Under the pieces are notes generated by a model, which had not been told where the DNA came from, did not search any database, and saw only the letters and a list, made by a program, of their open reading frames with translations. A DNA stretch of 64,000 nucleotides from Toensbergia leucococca (taxonomy: Eukaryota), in contig JALDZS010000001.1 of NCBI GenBank assembly GCA_022813965.1, positions 434,001-498,000 on the forward strand. Direction: 5' to 3'. Positions 1 to 12,445 of the stretch are shown here, one piece after another; within the stretch, counting starts at the first letter, position 1, and the number at the start of each line of letters is the position of its first letter. Both the position numbers and the translations under genes were made by a program.

Positions 1-423
1 AGACCAATACGAGACCGATGTCGCTGAACTCATACAATACACGTCTGAGCTACAGCGAGACTTTGATGAGCAAGACGATTACATCAAACATCTTCGTGGC
101 ACCATCAAATACCTTCATGGCTTCGTCAAAGACCTTCGTAGAGCCCACCGGGTGCTAGAAACAACGGCGGAGAATGTGATGAAGTTAATAAAATCCTATT
201 TGTGGACCAGGCAAATATCATCGAGAGTCAAAAGGCAGAAATCGATGAGCTCAAGCAGAAAATCATGGACCGGGATAGATGCGTCCGCTTCTGGCTTATG
301 GAGCCGAATCTGATAGTGGTAAAGACGGAAGGATCTGATGACAAGGAGGTAGGGGTCGACGGGGTTGAGGGAGGTGAAAGAGGTGCAGAGGGTGGGGAGC
401 ATTTGGATGGCGAGGAATCTTGA
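1..423 (+). other. Possible 3' end of a coiled-coil hypothetical gene, with an apparent frameshift near 190-200
   Basis: Open frame from base 2 (DQYETDVAELIQYTSELQRDFDEQDDYIKHL...) followed by a second helical/acidic frame at 202-423; no family recognised. Confidence 0.25.
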
Positions 424-1965
424 AGATATTGGCTATATCAAAGCACAAAAATCGAATGTCGTCTCACTGCTGACTATCCTTGATACTAATCTAACATGAA
501 GGCCAATGTGACATGATCACCGTCAAAAAAGACCATGACTTGTTCCAAGGTAGCTGAATGATGACTCTCAACATAGTCTTTGTGCCCATTCAAGAAATTA
601 CCACAACCAATCTGTCTTGATTCCGTACTTGTGCACCAAAGGTCGGTTGCCTTCGAGCCAAAACTTAAGCGATACCCTAACGCGCTAACAAATATCCACA
701 GCACATGTATCCATGACGACAACATTGAATCACTTCAAACATGATGGTAGACGCACAACTCAACTGATTCCATTTCACACATCAACTTACTCTGGAGTCC
801 AGTGAACGACATAGTGATAGAGTTACGTGGTCATCAAGGGATTCTCATCATTGCATTCATTAAGATTGCAAAATGCTGACCAGCACTACAAGTAGGTACG
901 AAGTTCCTTGGCTGTTCTCAGCTTCTCGATCTCTCATAGTCTTCCATCACTATGTACCATTCTCAAGTCTTTCAATCACCCACATACTTTCCTTGGGATT
1001 TCAAATAAAGGTAGCCGCTTTGAGGGGCTTCTTACGAAGGTAGAGGGATCTTCACAGCACTGGGTCATCAACATCTGCTGCTACTATCTGATAGTGGCTC
1101 ATCGAGGCTGCTAGAGTCAAATTGTCTTAGCATATGTACTCTCAATACCATTTGGTAGTGGATTTGCTAGTGATTTGAGGAAACTCACATGCACCAAGTA
1201 TGTTTCCTTCCGGAAATCCTGAAGTGGCTTTCGTTATTCAATATGCTAACAGGTTCATCAAGAAATCTAGACTGGTCCCAAGCCCTGTTTGTCCTGATCT
1301 TCAACGAGTCATCAAGAGAGCACCGTTGTCAATTCGCCACGATCTTAGCTCTGAAGACGGACGAACTTCCGTTCTTAACAAACGAGACCCGGAGAGTGAA
1401 GCCTTTGGACTGGATTACGAAAAACAATATTTACCGATTGTGGACTTCTGGTATGCTCATTGTCGAAGAAGACATATACATTGAAAACGACAGTCGGAGA
1501 TTGACGCATCGGTATTGGACTTAAAACAACACCGGCAAGGGGCGCAGCGGGCTGCTAGAATGGAGATTGCGACTTCGGATTGCCTCAATCTGAGGTACTA
1601 GTCAACCCATTTCACACTACCACACCTTCGCAGTCACTAATTTGGTTTTAAGAGATTCACAACCATCACTTCATCAAGGGGATAAGGTTCAATAACAATC
1701 AAAGAATGATTCACAGAAGCCACATATATAGTAACTGAGATTTACTACTTCTCAACTATTCTCCTCAGTAGTTCTTACTATAGCGAGGCGTTATAAAGAA
1801 CGAGTAGCCAGAAACAGGCAGAAATTCTGTAACCAAACGGCTTGTCAGGACCATCACCTTCCTCGCCATTTGCTCGGATAGCCACCCATAGGAGTACTCA
1901 TACTGACTGTCTTTGATAGCATATATCCACCTCAAAGGTAGGGTTAGTTTCAATTAAGTCATACT

Positions 1966-2375
1966 CCAAGGCGCTGATACGTGATCCAGACAATGTGTGA
2001 ACACAATTGGGAATACTAAAGATACACCTGCAACGTGTGCAACGTGTGTATCTGTGGTTTTAGATCCTAAACATGATACAGATGTTAGCCAGCCCCAAAG
2101 CACCATTTTCCACACTCACCTTTGCATACCAAAACTTCCTTTGGAGCACATTCAGATCTTGCTACACATTGCGTTAGAAGACTTCAGTGCACGTCTGCAC
2201 CTGGATTTCATTGGTAGGCTTGTTTCAGATCCAAGTTCAATGCTTGCCTAAGACGCTAATACTTGATTCAGACAATGTCAGAAACCAATAGCGATTACTA
2301 AAGTTACATCTAAAATCCGTGCACCCGTGGTTTTTCATTCCTAAACATGATATATTTACAGATTCACTAAGCCCA
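1966..2375. repeat. Degenerate direct repeat, two ~130-bp units about 283 bp apart
   Basis: gctgatacgtgatccagacaatgt...actaaagatacac...cctaaacatgata (~1970-2080) versus gctaatacttgattcagacaatgt...actaaagttacatc...cctaaacatgata (~2255-2352). Confidence 0.6.
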
Positions 2376-3451
2376 GGAGGTACAGAAAACGATGAACTCT
2401 TGGAACTCGTGATGCAAACGCTGGTACATCACGAGGTCGATCTACCAACACATATGAACATTTACATCCTCAACTCGGGCGTCCGCAACCCGTACATCTG
2501 CGATTCTATATCCCTACACATGATATAGAGTCAATCACCAAGGTCGGAACACTTGGAGAACTCCGAAGTCTTCAAGCAGCGAAAGCGCTGGTAGATCTCA
2601 GATCCGGTATTCTGTCTCAAATAAGCTCGGAGTTCGTTGTTGATGGGCTTCTCAAACATATGTCTACCTCCAAGACACAACGAAGCATCAATAGAACTTA
2701 TTGAAGATCTAAAAGTCAAAACATGCGGACAGGATGAGATCACCGAGAAGCAAAAAGCGAACATCAACGCCTTGCAACAGCAAAGCCAGGAGTGAAATAC
2801 TTGTATTTAAGAGTAAGATCACCTGGCTCGTCAAAGCCAAAGGACCCCAAAGCATTTGACCTGCTGGCGAAAACGCTGGTGGATCTCAAGATTAGTGGCA
2901 ACATCAAAGCGGAAAAATTGAATGTCCTGTGGCACCGCCAACGCTTGCCCATCTCGCCAGCGAAGTTTTTCCTATGGGAAGTTCAGATGCAAGAATGCAA
3001 GCAATACGAATGGACCTATATCCGACCGTCATGTGTGAGATGATCGTCTCTCTCATCATTCCTCAGCAGATGTACTAATTTGCAGGGAAGAAAAGGCACC
3101 TAATAGAAGCATCAGAATTAGCAGGATTACGCAGGTCAGAAGCACCGGAGTTTACAAGCCAACTTCAATGGCCGCAGTCGTCGAGCCATGGGGAGGAAAA
3201 AAGATTCTCTTAGCAAAGGGTAGGAAGGAGTTGTGGTAGTTGGAATAGCAGGAGGGTCGAAGCGCTTGACGCACTGGTTTCTACTGACCGCAAGGTGCCG
3301 AAGCTGGGACGATTTACAATCCTAGCAAGAGCGGACGGAAACAAATGATTGTAGGCATAACCGCCTCCTCGAAGAAAATGTTCAATCTTCACAACAGTCA
3401 TCACAATCTCAATAACGCCGTCTACATAAGATTCACTTTGATGTCTGTCGA

Positions 3452-3662
3452 ATGCTTTGGATTATCCACGGTAAAGGAAAAGCTGATGGAAATTATTCTT
3501 TTCAAATTCCCGAGCACATTGAAAGAATTAAAAACCTGCCTTGGTATGACGGGTTATCTACGGAACTACATACCATGATACGTGATTATTGTACAGCCAT
3601 GCCAGAACAGAAAGACCCTGTACCTGAAACCTAGTCCCAACGTCGGCAACGCTAGAAAGTGA
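3452..3662 (+). mobile_element. Ty3/gypsy pol remnant (RT thumb/connection region), decayed
   Basis: GLSTVKEKLMEIILFKFPSTLKELKTCLGMTGYLRNYIP*YVIIVQPCQNRKTLYLKPSPNVGNARK matches the gypsy pattern PxTxKELxxFLGxxGYxRxFI; in-frame TGA where Trp is expected. Confidence 0.8.
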
Positions 3663-4243
3663 TGCTCTTCTGGGTAAAGACCAATAGTACTAAGAAGGTG
3701 GCCGGGAAAGACGTGTTTTTGATAATATCGGCTGCGAAGTAAGATATCGACTACGTCTGCGCAGAATCTAAGAATACTTCAGGAACAAAGTATCAGATCA
3801 AGGACTCATATGGCTCAACTATTGATGAGAAGAACGTGTAATTCGTGGAGGAGTGTTATGTGAAGGAGGACCGGCAAGATACCGCCAATGAGGCAGCAAA
3901 GGCTCACCGTGACTGGAAAATTCAAGCACACACCATGTATCAGCTTGAATGTGAGGAGTACGTGAACGAAAGAAAGGTGTGGGATTGAAACATGGTTACG
4001 TGGGCGTGGAACGATCAAGACAATACCATCATGGCCGAGACTGAACTTAAGTTGGGATGAAATAAGAGGACTCACAGGGCCAATACGCCAGAGACCTAAG
4101 ATATCGCATGAAGATACTGGTGGAACATCCTTCGCCGGAAGAAACCAAAGCAATCTGACAGAATCCACGGGCCACTGTCATCGCCGCGCAACCTTTACCA
4201 TTTTGATCACACTCAAGACCTATGAAAAAGCCCTGACGCATCT

Positions 4244-4579
4244 AAAAGGGGGATGAGTGTCATGGTATACCACGTTGAGGGGGATATAGACCTCACTATA
4301 TCATCCACGGGAAAATCAGGGCACTCGTTGAATGAATCGAAAATAGGGAAATATCATCGATTAAGTGGATCGAACCTATCCTGTTTCAAAGCCGTCTGCT
4401 AGCACCGGCTAATACTCGTTGCCATTTCACTGAGTCAGGCCCGTAGCCCGTAGGAACACTCCCGTGGCCCTCAATGAGGTCAACGTGAATTGGAAAGAGC
4501 TGATTTCAGTCTTTTAAGTTGCTGCTCAGGGCTGAAATCGTTCAAGATGCAAAGCGTTCATGTCACTTCGTGTATGACA
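4244..4579 (+). mobile_element. Polypurine tract plus 3' LTR (4258-4579) of the truncated gypsy element
   Basis: aaaagggggatgag (4244-4257) is immediately followed by TGTCAT...ATGACA, a 322-bp segment with 6-bp inverted termini, downstream of the pol remnant on the same strand. Confidence 0.7.
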
Positions 4580-7500
4580 GCATCAAGTCAGCATCAAGTA
4601 CACAGTCTATACTGAGCGCCATTCAAAGGTGACGCTATCCGCCACCGCCAAATGGCTGTTGGGAAAACAAATTAGACAATCAATATTCCTACTGCTGGCC
4701 AATCTCATTGAGCTTACCAAGAAAGTGAATCCTCCCGCTAAGCCGTTTGATGAAGTGAAGGAACCGCGATTCAATTGAACAGATTTGAGTTGGGCTCTGT
4801 TGGCCTGACAACATATCCGCGAAGAACACAATCTGAATTACGTACTGGCTCACTACAATGCCCTTTTCAGAGACAGATAGATGAGGGGCCAGCCCTATTT
4901 CATTCTTGAGGAATGCTCTTTCAATTTTCTTGTTTGGTGCTTCCTGAATGGTCTTTTATTTTGGAAATATTTAGTCTCACATCGCCTCCAGCCCAGCATG
5001 GTATAGAACTAGCACAGCAGCCCCTGATGCTGATTTAGTGGCTCTAAGGAGCAGACAACCGCAAGGCGTTGAGGACGATGATATGATATAAAAAATACAT
5101 GACCTGTTATGGAATTCCACCATTTGGCTGGTCATCGCTCTCTGAGTGATGAGGGTTCTGATTTCTGACAAGCTAGATATCTTATAGCTTACCCCTCGCT
5201 TCCGAAGACGAGATTTCCACACTGCAAGTAGATAGAAGAGGAACTATTCTATTACCTACGAGATTTACCACAAATGACCCGTCACCATCATCGCTTGGTC
5301 TAATGCCAACACGATTTCTAGGCTAAATCTTTTTTCCTCTATGAAAATTTTCTTTAGATAATTTTTATCCAAAGACTCGTTGAAAGCTTGATGACAAGAA
5401 ATGAAATCAGAACATGCTATTGTTGTGCTCAAAGCGTATATCAATTGCTTTACTCATACAGAGACAAAGCTTCAGATTGATCATCCTATTGATTTTCAAC
5501 GAACTGTTCTCCGTTCTGAGCTTCCTCACAATGCAACATAATCTTCTCTCTACTTGCAACGGCTGTTCAACAGATCCCCACGAAGGCAGTAAACAGATCT
5601 GCTGTCTCATCAATAAAGCAAGACTTACAATATCTTAATATTGTTTATGATCATCTTGACTTCCTCTTGTTGAATACTTTAACTATATCAGAGTTCAGAT
5701 TCAGTTTTCCTGCTTTGTGTAAAGCGCTTTACTCTCCAAAGTCTACCCTACACGCACCAGACAATCATCTTCTCATTCTCTAAACTGAGCAAGGTCAAGG
5801 TTTGCTATAGTATGCATACCTCATACCCCGTCATACCATCCAACAAAACTGAAGGACCTCAAATTGTCTTGACAGCAAAGTCTGGTGTCGCAGGAGCTGT
5901 GATTGCATTCCTTGGTCTGTGATCTGATTTCAATCACTTTGATCAAATATATTGATCCATAAGCACATTCATTATATATGCTATAGCATTTTCCAGCTAA
6001 AACTGGCACGCAATCAATGACAAGGTAGATACGCACCGCGGTTTACTTGCTGATATCGCGAGCCCAACTTTCAACGCGGACGTGTGATATCTTAACTAGA
6101 AAAAGCCTTGACTCACATACGATTCTCAGTGAGGCCCGTTAACACGTATGGTCACAACGAGATGATGATGATGATTCATTGATAGGTTATTTAGAGGTAG
6201 GGGTGGGACATCAGTCAAAGCAGTTAATTCCTTCTCACACTGAGAAATTACTAGCATCAGAGACGTTCTTGTGTTCAGTGAGATAAACCTACCAAGCTAG
6301 AAGAAAGACAGGAGAAACAAATTGAGAAGTAACCTCGGAGTCCTCAGGCTGTCTAGGGAATGAAAAGATTCGTTAGAACTGACCACAAGAAGAAGACCCT
6401 CAATTCAGGATACGAACTTGAGTTTGATTCCTTGCACAGTTAACATCAGCATCACTCTAAGGCTATGAATCAGAGCTCTACAGCAAAGTGTCATGATGAG
6501 ACAGAAGTGTGCAATTGCGTCAGTCAAGAATAAATAACTTTTCTGACAAAAGCAGGTAAGAGACTTGTATGGAGCAGGAACGGCCATGATAAAAGAATCA
6601 TGAAGCGGCAAAATGTTAAATGAACAATGTGAGACAAGCGCTTGGATTGAAAAGAGGACGACGGATAAGAGGTATGATAAATCAAGGGGGGGCGGCCTAA
6701 AAGGAGAGATGATAAGAAAAGTGAAGGAAACAATTTCACTGACGCGTCACATCCTTAAATCAACAGTGATCAAGCATTGCAGATTTCTATGTGTGCAAAC
6801 TTCAACAGATGATGAACTTCTTCAAAGATGAAGATCTGGCTCTACATAAGGTAAAGAATCAGATGATTACAGATTCAAGTAGTTGAGGAAATATTTTCTC
6901 AACCTTCATGAGAAATTCTTCTCAAGACACCGTCCTTCACATCTTCTCACGTTCCTTGAAAGCTGATCCGCCATAACCTCTCTTTCCTACAATTTTGACC
7001 TCGTTTCCTGCCGCGGCGGCGCCGACGCCCGCCCGTCTCGCTGATGAGGGTTGTACAGTGAGAGGTTTTGACAACAAGATGAAAGCAGAACATATGGAAT
7101 TGTGTCGGGCTGAGATGATCCTGATTGCGGCATTCAAATCTGAATGAGGGATAATGTGAAGATATCTACCAATGCTGTGCATTAAAGCTGTATCTCATGT
7201 TGTCGGGACTTTCGGCAACAGGAGAGGTAATAGGTATTATTGAGAAAACTGTTCCCGGGAAACATCCGGAATTCATCAGAGTGCTTATGACTCAGATGAA
7301 GAAGCGGCGAATGACAGCGTCACGATGGAAAGTCCACGCTAGGTTTGAAATTACCTCGAGTTGCCAGGGAATGGCCCACAGGAAGGTTTAATCTTGATAG
7401 GATGGAGCATGATCTGAAGAACGTGTATACCATTTACATGCAGAGATTCAAGAGCTTTTGAATGATGGGACCATGGTGGTGGATGCTATCAGACCTCCTC

Positions 7501-8962
7501 AGGGGCATCCAGCCACTACAAAATCGTCACATGTGGAGAGAGTGATATGATGGCTGGGCTATGGTGACGCTCAACAAGATGAAGCTAGATGAAAGTCCTG
7601 AATCTGCATGTCTTCCACCCAGGTGACCCTGTTAAAGAGGTTCCTGTCCTATATTGCCGACGCATCAGAGCAAGGAAAGGGAACAAATCAGCCGATCTTG
7701 GTCCTCGTTTTCAGCCATGGCATCAAGACGATATAGGTACTCAGTCACTATTAGCGGGAAAGGGAAGTTTGGGAAATGCAGCGTTTTGGCCGAGACCAAG
7801 GTCTAGAGAGAGCACTTGTCTGACACAACCCAAACGCCAATTTGATTGTGTTGACAGTTTTATTGTTACGGCGGAGGCTGGTGCCCAATTAGGCTCCTTG
7901 AATGTCACAGTTGTGGCGGGATTGAAACCACCGGTAGAAATCGTCAAGAAGTTGAACGCCGACGACCCGCGAACCGTCAATATCATAGTCCTTACCCTAT
8001 ATCCCGCCTTTTTGAGCGCTCCATCTATTCAGATTCTCTGGGGCTGGTGCGCCGCAGCCTCAGAGAGCGAATGGTGAGTTGGATTCAGATCAAGATTCCG
8101 AAAGAGATTTAAATGATGCAGAGCTTGCAGCGTCACAGCGTATCAAATGAGTTGCAGGGGCATATTTGCCTGAGATGTTTGCGACGGAGCCCACAAGCTC
8201 AAGTCATTTTGTTCCTGAACCTCTCGATCAGTTCAGCGCCTCGACTGCCCGCATCTGCTCCTCATGAGCGCCACGCTCAGGATCATCCGGCCCACTGACT
8301 TGACTGAAATGTTCCGCCTGCCGTGGAAGCAAGAGTCGTAAGCGGCGGGTGGCACGATGAGGAAAAGGAGAAGCCGTGGAATACCTCGTCCGCTGGAAAG
8401 ATTATGGTCCTGCTGCTCTCGCTGTTTCTCAACCGCAGCAGATGCCCGGGCCCATCTGACCTTGGCTAGCACCCGTCACCGTGAGGCCGCCATCTTCAGT
8501 GAGTCTGCAAAGGAGCTGAGCGCACATATTCAGGACGCCGAAAAGCTTACCGGCGTCATTCTTTCTCAATATGAGGCCACGGCTAGCAACTTCCTCTTCT
8601 TGTATGCTAAGGCACGATCAATTATGCAGCCGCCAAGAGAGGCTGTTGACTTATTGACGTGAGAAATGATGAGGAGGAGATAAAGAATAGGCATCACAAC
8701 TGCGTGGTGCCGCATCACACCCTGGCAGTCAAGCTTGCGGATAGGACCGTGAGCTCACCTGTCCCTTGTCTTCCTCTCTTCTACTCTCTGGCTGATGTTG
8801 CTGAAACACAGATGTTGGTATATGATTCACCTATCGATCATGGCAACCGCTTTTATTTACCCACGGATCCTCAACAACGTTCTTCACCACTTTCAATTCC
8901 CACAAATTTCTCTACAAATCCTCACTACACTCACGAATCACCTTCAATACCTCAATACCAGG

Positions 8963-9280
8963 ATGGCCTCAGCAAGCTTTGTCAAGTTTGTAGAATCGAT
9001 AGACGCTACCAAGGCATCCGTCTATGTTGGTGCAGCGGGTGTAGTCAACGCCATCTACCAGTCCTACGTCATGCAGACATAGTCTGCTCAACTTCATCAA
9101 GAAACAGCTGAAAAGCTTTGAGAGCAACCGGAAATGCTATGAGATCATATCAAAACCCTCAAAAAACATAAATTAACATTAGAAAAACACTTGAACATCC
9201 TGAAACAGGATGTGAATACTTTTGAAAAGTTTCATGAATTAGTTAAATGACAGAATGATCATGAGAGAACATATAAGTAA
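8963..9280 (+). pseudogene. RIP-type pseudogene of the small TM+coiled-coil gene (paralog of 20139-20459)
   Basis: MASASFVKFVESIDATKASVYVGAAGVVNAIYQSYVMQT*SAQLHQETAEKL*EQPEML*DHIKTLKKHKLTLEKHLNILKQDVNTFEKFHELVK*; four stops at Q, R, R and W positions of the paralog, no frameshift; upstream ~130 bp also homologous. Confidence 0.85.
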
Positions 9281-10211
9281 ATAGAGTCAGTGCTCATTAA
9301 TCACACAAATCAACACTAAAGCTTTAATTTAGAAGACTTCACAGATACTCAGTCAGATCAATGTGTACCTCTTGACAGATGAGCTCAAGTTACAAAACTA
9401 GAATCTACAGCTCAAACAGCGGCGAAGAAGATGTCGAATCTCTCCTTTGCCTCGGATAAACCAAGAGCTGAAGTGTTCATAGCCCTTGCTTCCCTCTTAG
9501 CCATGGAAGTGGCTTCTTGTGCTGCGGCTGGAGTGAGATTGAGAAATTTTAATGGCTTTGACTGAGGATTTTCAGCCCTCCGATGCTGGTCGGAAATCTT
9601 TTAAGTCTGTTAGTCGATCGGTAGAGGGGGTAGGATGGAGGGCATGAAACAATAGAAAATGTTGTGAACATACCGATGCTGCCACCGTGGCAGAATGACC
9701 CGCTCAATCCGGGGTGTGGTTCTGACTTTGTTCTGTTACAATGTTGCTTGAATTTCCGGCACAGGACCTGCAAGCATTACGGCATACATCTTGGTTCGAG
9801 CGGGCTGCTGAAATTGTGATTCTGGGAGTGCAAAGTCTCTGAATTCCATATCGCTGATGCTCCTTCGCTGTCCCTTTGCCGGATCTGATGATGCCTATCT
9901 TTCCCTCTTTGACATCATGTTATCTTTTCTCCCGAATCTTGGCTATGAACCAGATGAGATACTTTGAGTTCATCACATTTCATCTGCCAGCTTACAGAGT
10001 GCTTCTGGCTGCACTACCTATGTTAGCCTCGTGAGGTGTCGGTAGTCACAGCGTGTAGGATGAGAAATGACACGAAGGTCTCAGACCTTATGGAAGTCGA
10101 CAGCAAAGGTGGAAGGATGGGTTCAGATATGCCTATTGCAACCCTGTAAAAGATGTATTTCCAGCTTTCTGCATTTTCGGCATCTTGCCTGGGTTGGCAA
10201 TGTGAGAAAGC

Positions 10212-12095
10212 TCAGTCATCCAAGTGAATCTTCCGCAGGCCTTCTTCCAGATCCTCCAGAGGACAAATAACATCACTGTAGAAGGCAGCCTGCAAGTGAT
10301 CATTTTTTAGATCATCTCCACAAGGAAACACGCATTCTACAAGCTGTTCCACAATATTATGATATTTGATGCCCATCACCGAGTGCTTGCATTTCGCCAG
10401 CCTTCTTGCGGTGAAAAATTCCGTGTGTTGGTCTTCATGACCGTTTGTCAAATCGCTAGGCTGCTGCAGGCTTTCAAGGCTAGCGGCGTGTGCAATCTCG
10501 AGGAGTACAACGCCAAGACTGAACAGAATTGGGTTTCGTGCTATGTGAGGAGAGAATGTTGAAGCAAGTGAAATCTGTGCGTCGGGCCTTTTGACTTTCG
10601 CAGTGAGATGAGGTGCGGAGAGATTGGGTAAATCCTGCAACTGAGGTTTTTCGTCAATGCCAAAGAAAAGAATGTCCTCACTTCGCCAGGAATGTTGGAG
10701 CCAAGGTGTGGCATGGTATTGAAGGACTGCAATGGCTAGGTTTTTGGCAAGGCCTATCCGCTCATGGACTGAAATACCGCCGACAAGTCCAGGCGTCAAT
10801 TTCGATCTGATAAGTCGTCCCAGCGAGATAGCTTTGGTTGATTGACAGCGCGATGTGAATGGTGTAGGATACACGTAATGCTTGCACTTATCGGTATTCT
10901 CAAGAACCCCAACACAGTCATTCGTTTTTCGAGGATTCCGGAAACATCGACGCAGGTCGTCGCAGAAATCTCTCTTCATACAGTTCTCAGATGAGAAGGC
11001 GTCTGAGGCCATCGTGAACGGAAGGCCTGGGCTTGGTACTTGAACAGATGTTTGAAATCTTACACTCTTTTTTATCTTCTTCGGATGGTCCGCCACGACA
11101 GGCTCAAATTGTCGTTTCAAAGTCTTTCCTAGTTCGTTGAGACCGGAGAGTTGATCGCCACGGAATGTGACTATCTGTTCGTTGATGGTGGAATCTACCA
11201 TAAACCATATTGGCTCACCTGAGCCCGTAGCACCTGCCAGAGTCATGTGTGTAAAAGCCATGCTGAACTTGACTTGTGATGCAGAGTCTTTATTCAAAAC
11301 TACCTGCTCAACCTTGACTCGAAAGTGGGCAAGATGCTCTGTATGCTTAGTGCAAGCTTTGCCAAGAGCTTCATAAACCTGCCGGGAGGCTTCACCAATA
11401 GTCTGATACTTCCGAATGTCCTCAAGACTATCTCGGGAGGGCTTTGATAGGTTACGAGCACTTGTTGGAGTCAGCTGCTGCGTCTGACTGAACAGTGTTC
11501 TAAGGTCATCGTTGTGGGAGCGCAGTGCAGCAATATTTTGATCCAGTCGCGATTGGGAGAAGCCGAAGCACAACTTCTTTCCAACATTATACCTCCAACC
11601 TTTGCATCTCATGGGTTTAGGAGTCTCCTAAATGCTAGTCGTCAGCAACAGGATTTCCGAGGCTACTCCCATCCTGCTCAGGATGACAAATACCTGCTGT
11701 TCTTGATCTACTATGGTGGCGAACTCTCGATTCTCAACCTCTACATCTTGGAGTCGCTCCTCAATCAATTCAACGATGGCAGCGCACGCCTGCCATGATT
11801 CACCGAGCTGCTGCACAAGTTGAGCATCTAGGTGACCGTCTGACCAGGTATCTTGTGAGAGCACATCGAGCATGCCGGAAGCAGTATCGTGGTCGATGAC
11901 CTCTTCCAACAAATTGCGGCACTCATTCCGAAAGATTGTCCTTTGAATTCCCAACTCTTTCAAGTATGTTTTGGCTTCTTTCGCAAATCGTTTGTATCGA
12001 AGGAATGGGCCGAGGACACTGTCGTAACGTTTAGCAGCAGACACGACAAGTGGAAGAATCGCCAGCGCCAAGCCTGCCGCTTCGAACCCCGACAT
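10212..12095 (-). CDS. Protein with HeLo/SesA-like N-terminus and degenerate kinase-like C-terminal domain (DUF7580-like from recall), 605 aa; exons 12095-11694 and 11627-10212
   Basis: N-terminus MSGFEAAGLALAILPLVVSAAKRY is typical of fungal HeLo-like helices; a 66-nt GT..ctgac..AG intron (11693-11628) joins the two ORFs in frame; C-terminus has RIGLAKNLAIAVLQYHATPWL..WRSEDILF and LFSLGVVLLEI (kinase subdomain VI/IX-like) but no HRD or DFG. Confidence 0.85.
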
Positions 12096-12445
12096 TGTGG
12101 TCCCAAAGATACAATCAATATCGCACCGTTTCTAACGAGTTGCGAATCGGTAAGTCCGAGAGGGAAAGGCAATGCTCTCGAGCAACGGGTTGACGTCTGA
12201 GACTTCGATGAATGCGTGTAGAAGAGCCTTGATGTGGGCATGTTCACAGCCCATTGTCTGTGCCCTCCGAACCTATCATTGACGACAAGGCTACGAGGCT
12301 GTCATGCAGGGCATAATAGCTGAGAAACTGGCCCCTCCATGGACGAAGTGCAACCTCCTGGTCCCGCTGGACCATTTACGGCACTGTGGTGCAAAGGATT
12401 TTGCTTATTGTACGTATTGTAATCGACGATGTTAAAGACTCAAAC

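Noticed and set aside
6150..7200. Possible LINE 3' remnant on the minus strand ((atc)n tail near 6160-6176, Cys/His-containing frame)
   Set aside because: No recognisable RT, RNase H or endonuclease motif; too degenerate to call
7400..8660. Several 60-160 aa ORFs with moderate GC
   Set aside because: No family motif or consistent exon chain found
9400..10200. Possible small minus-strand gene ending ...AKERFDIFFAAV*
   Set aside because: Could not build an open spliced model
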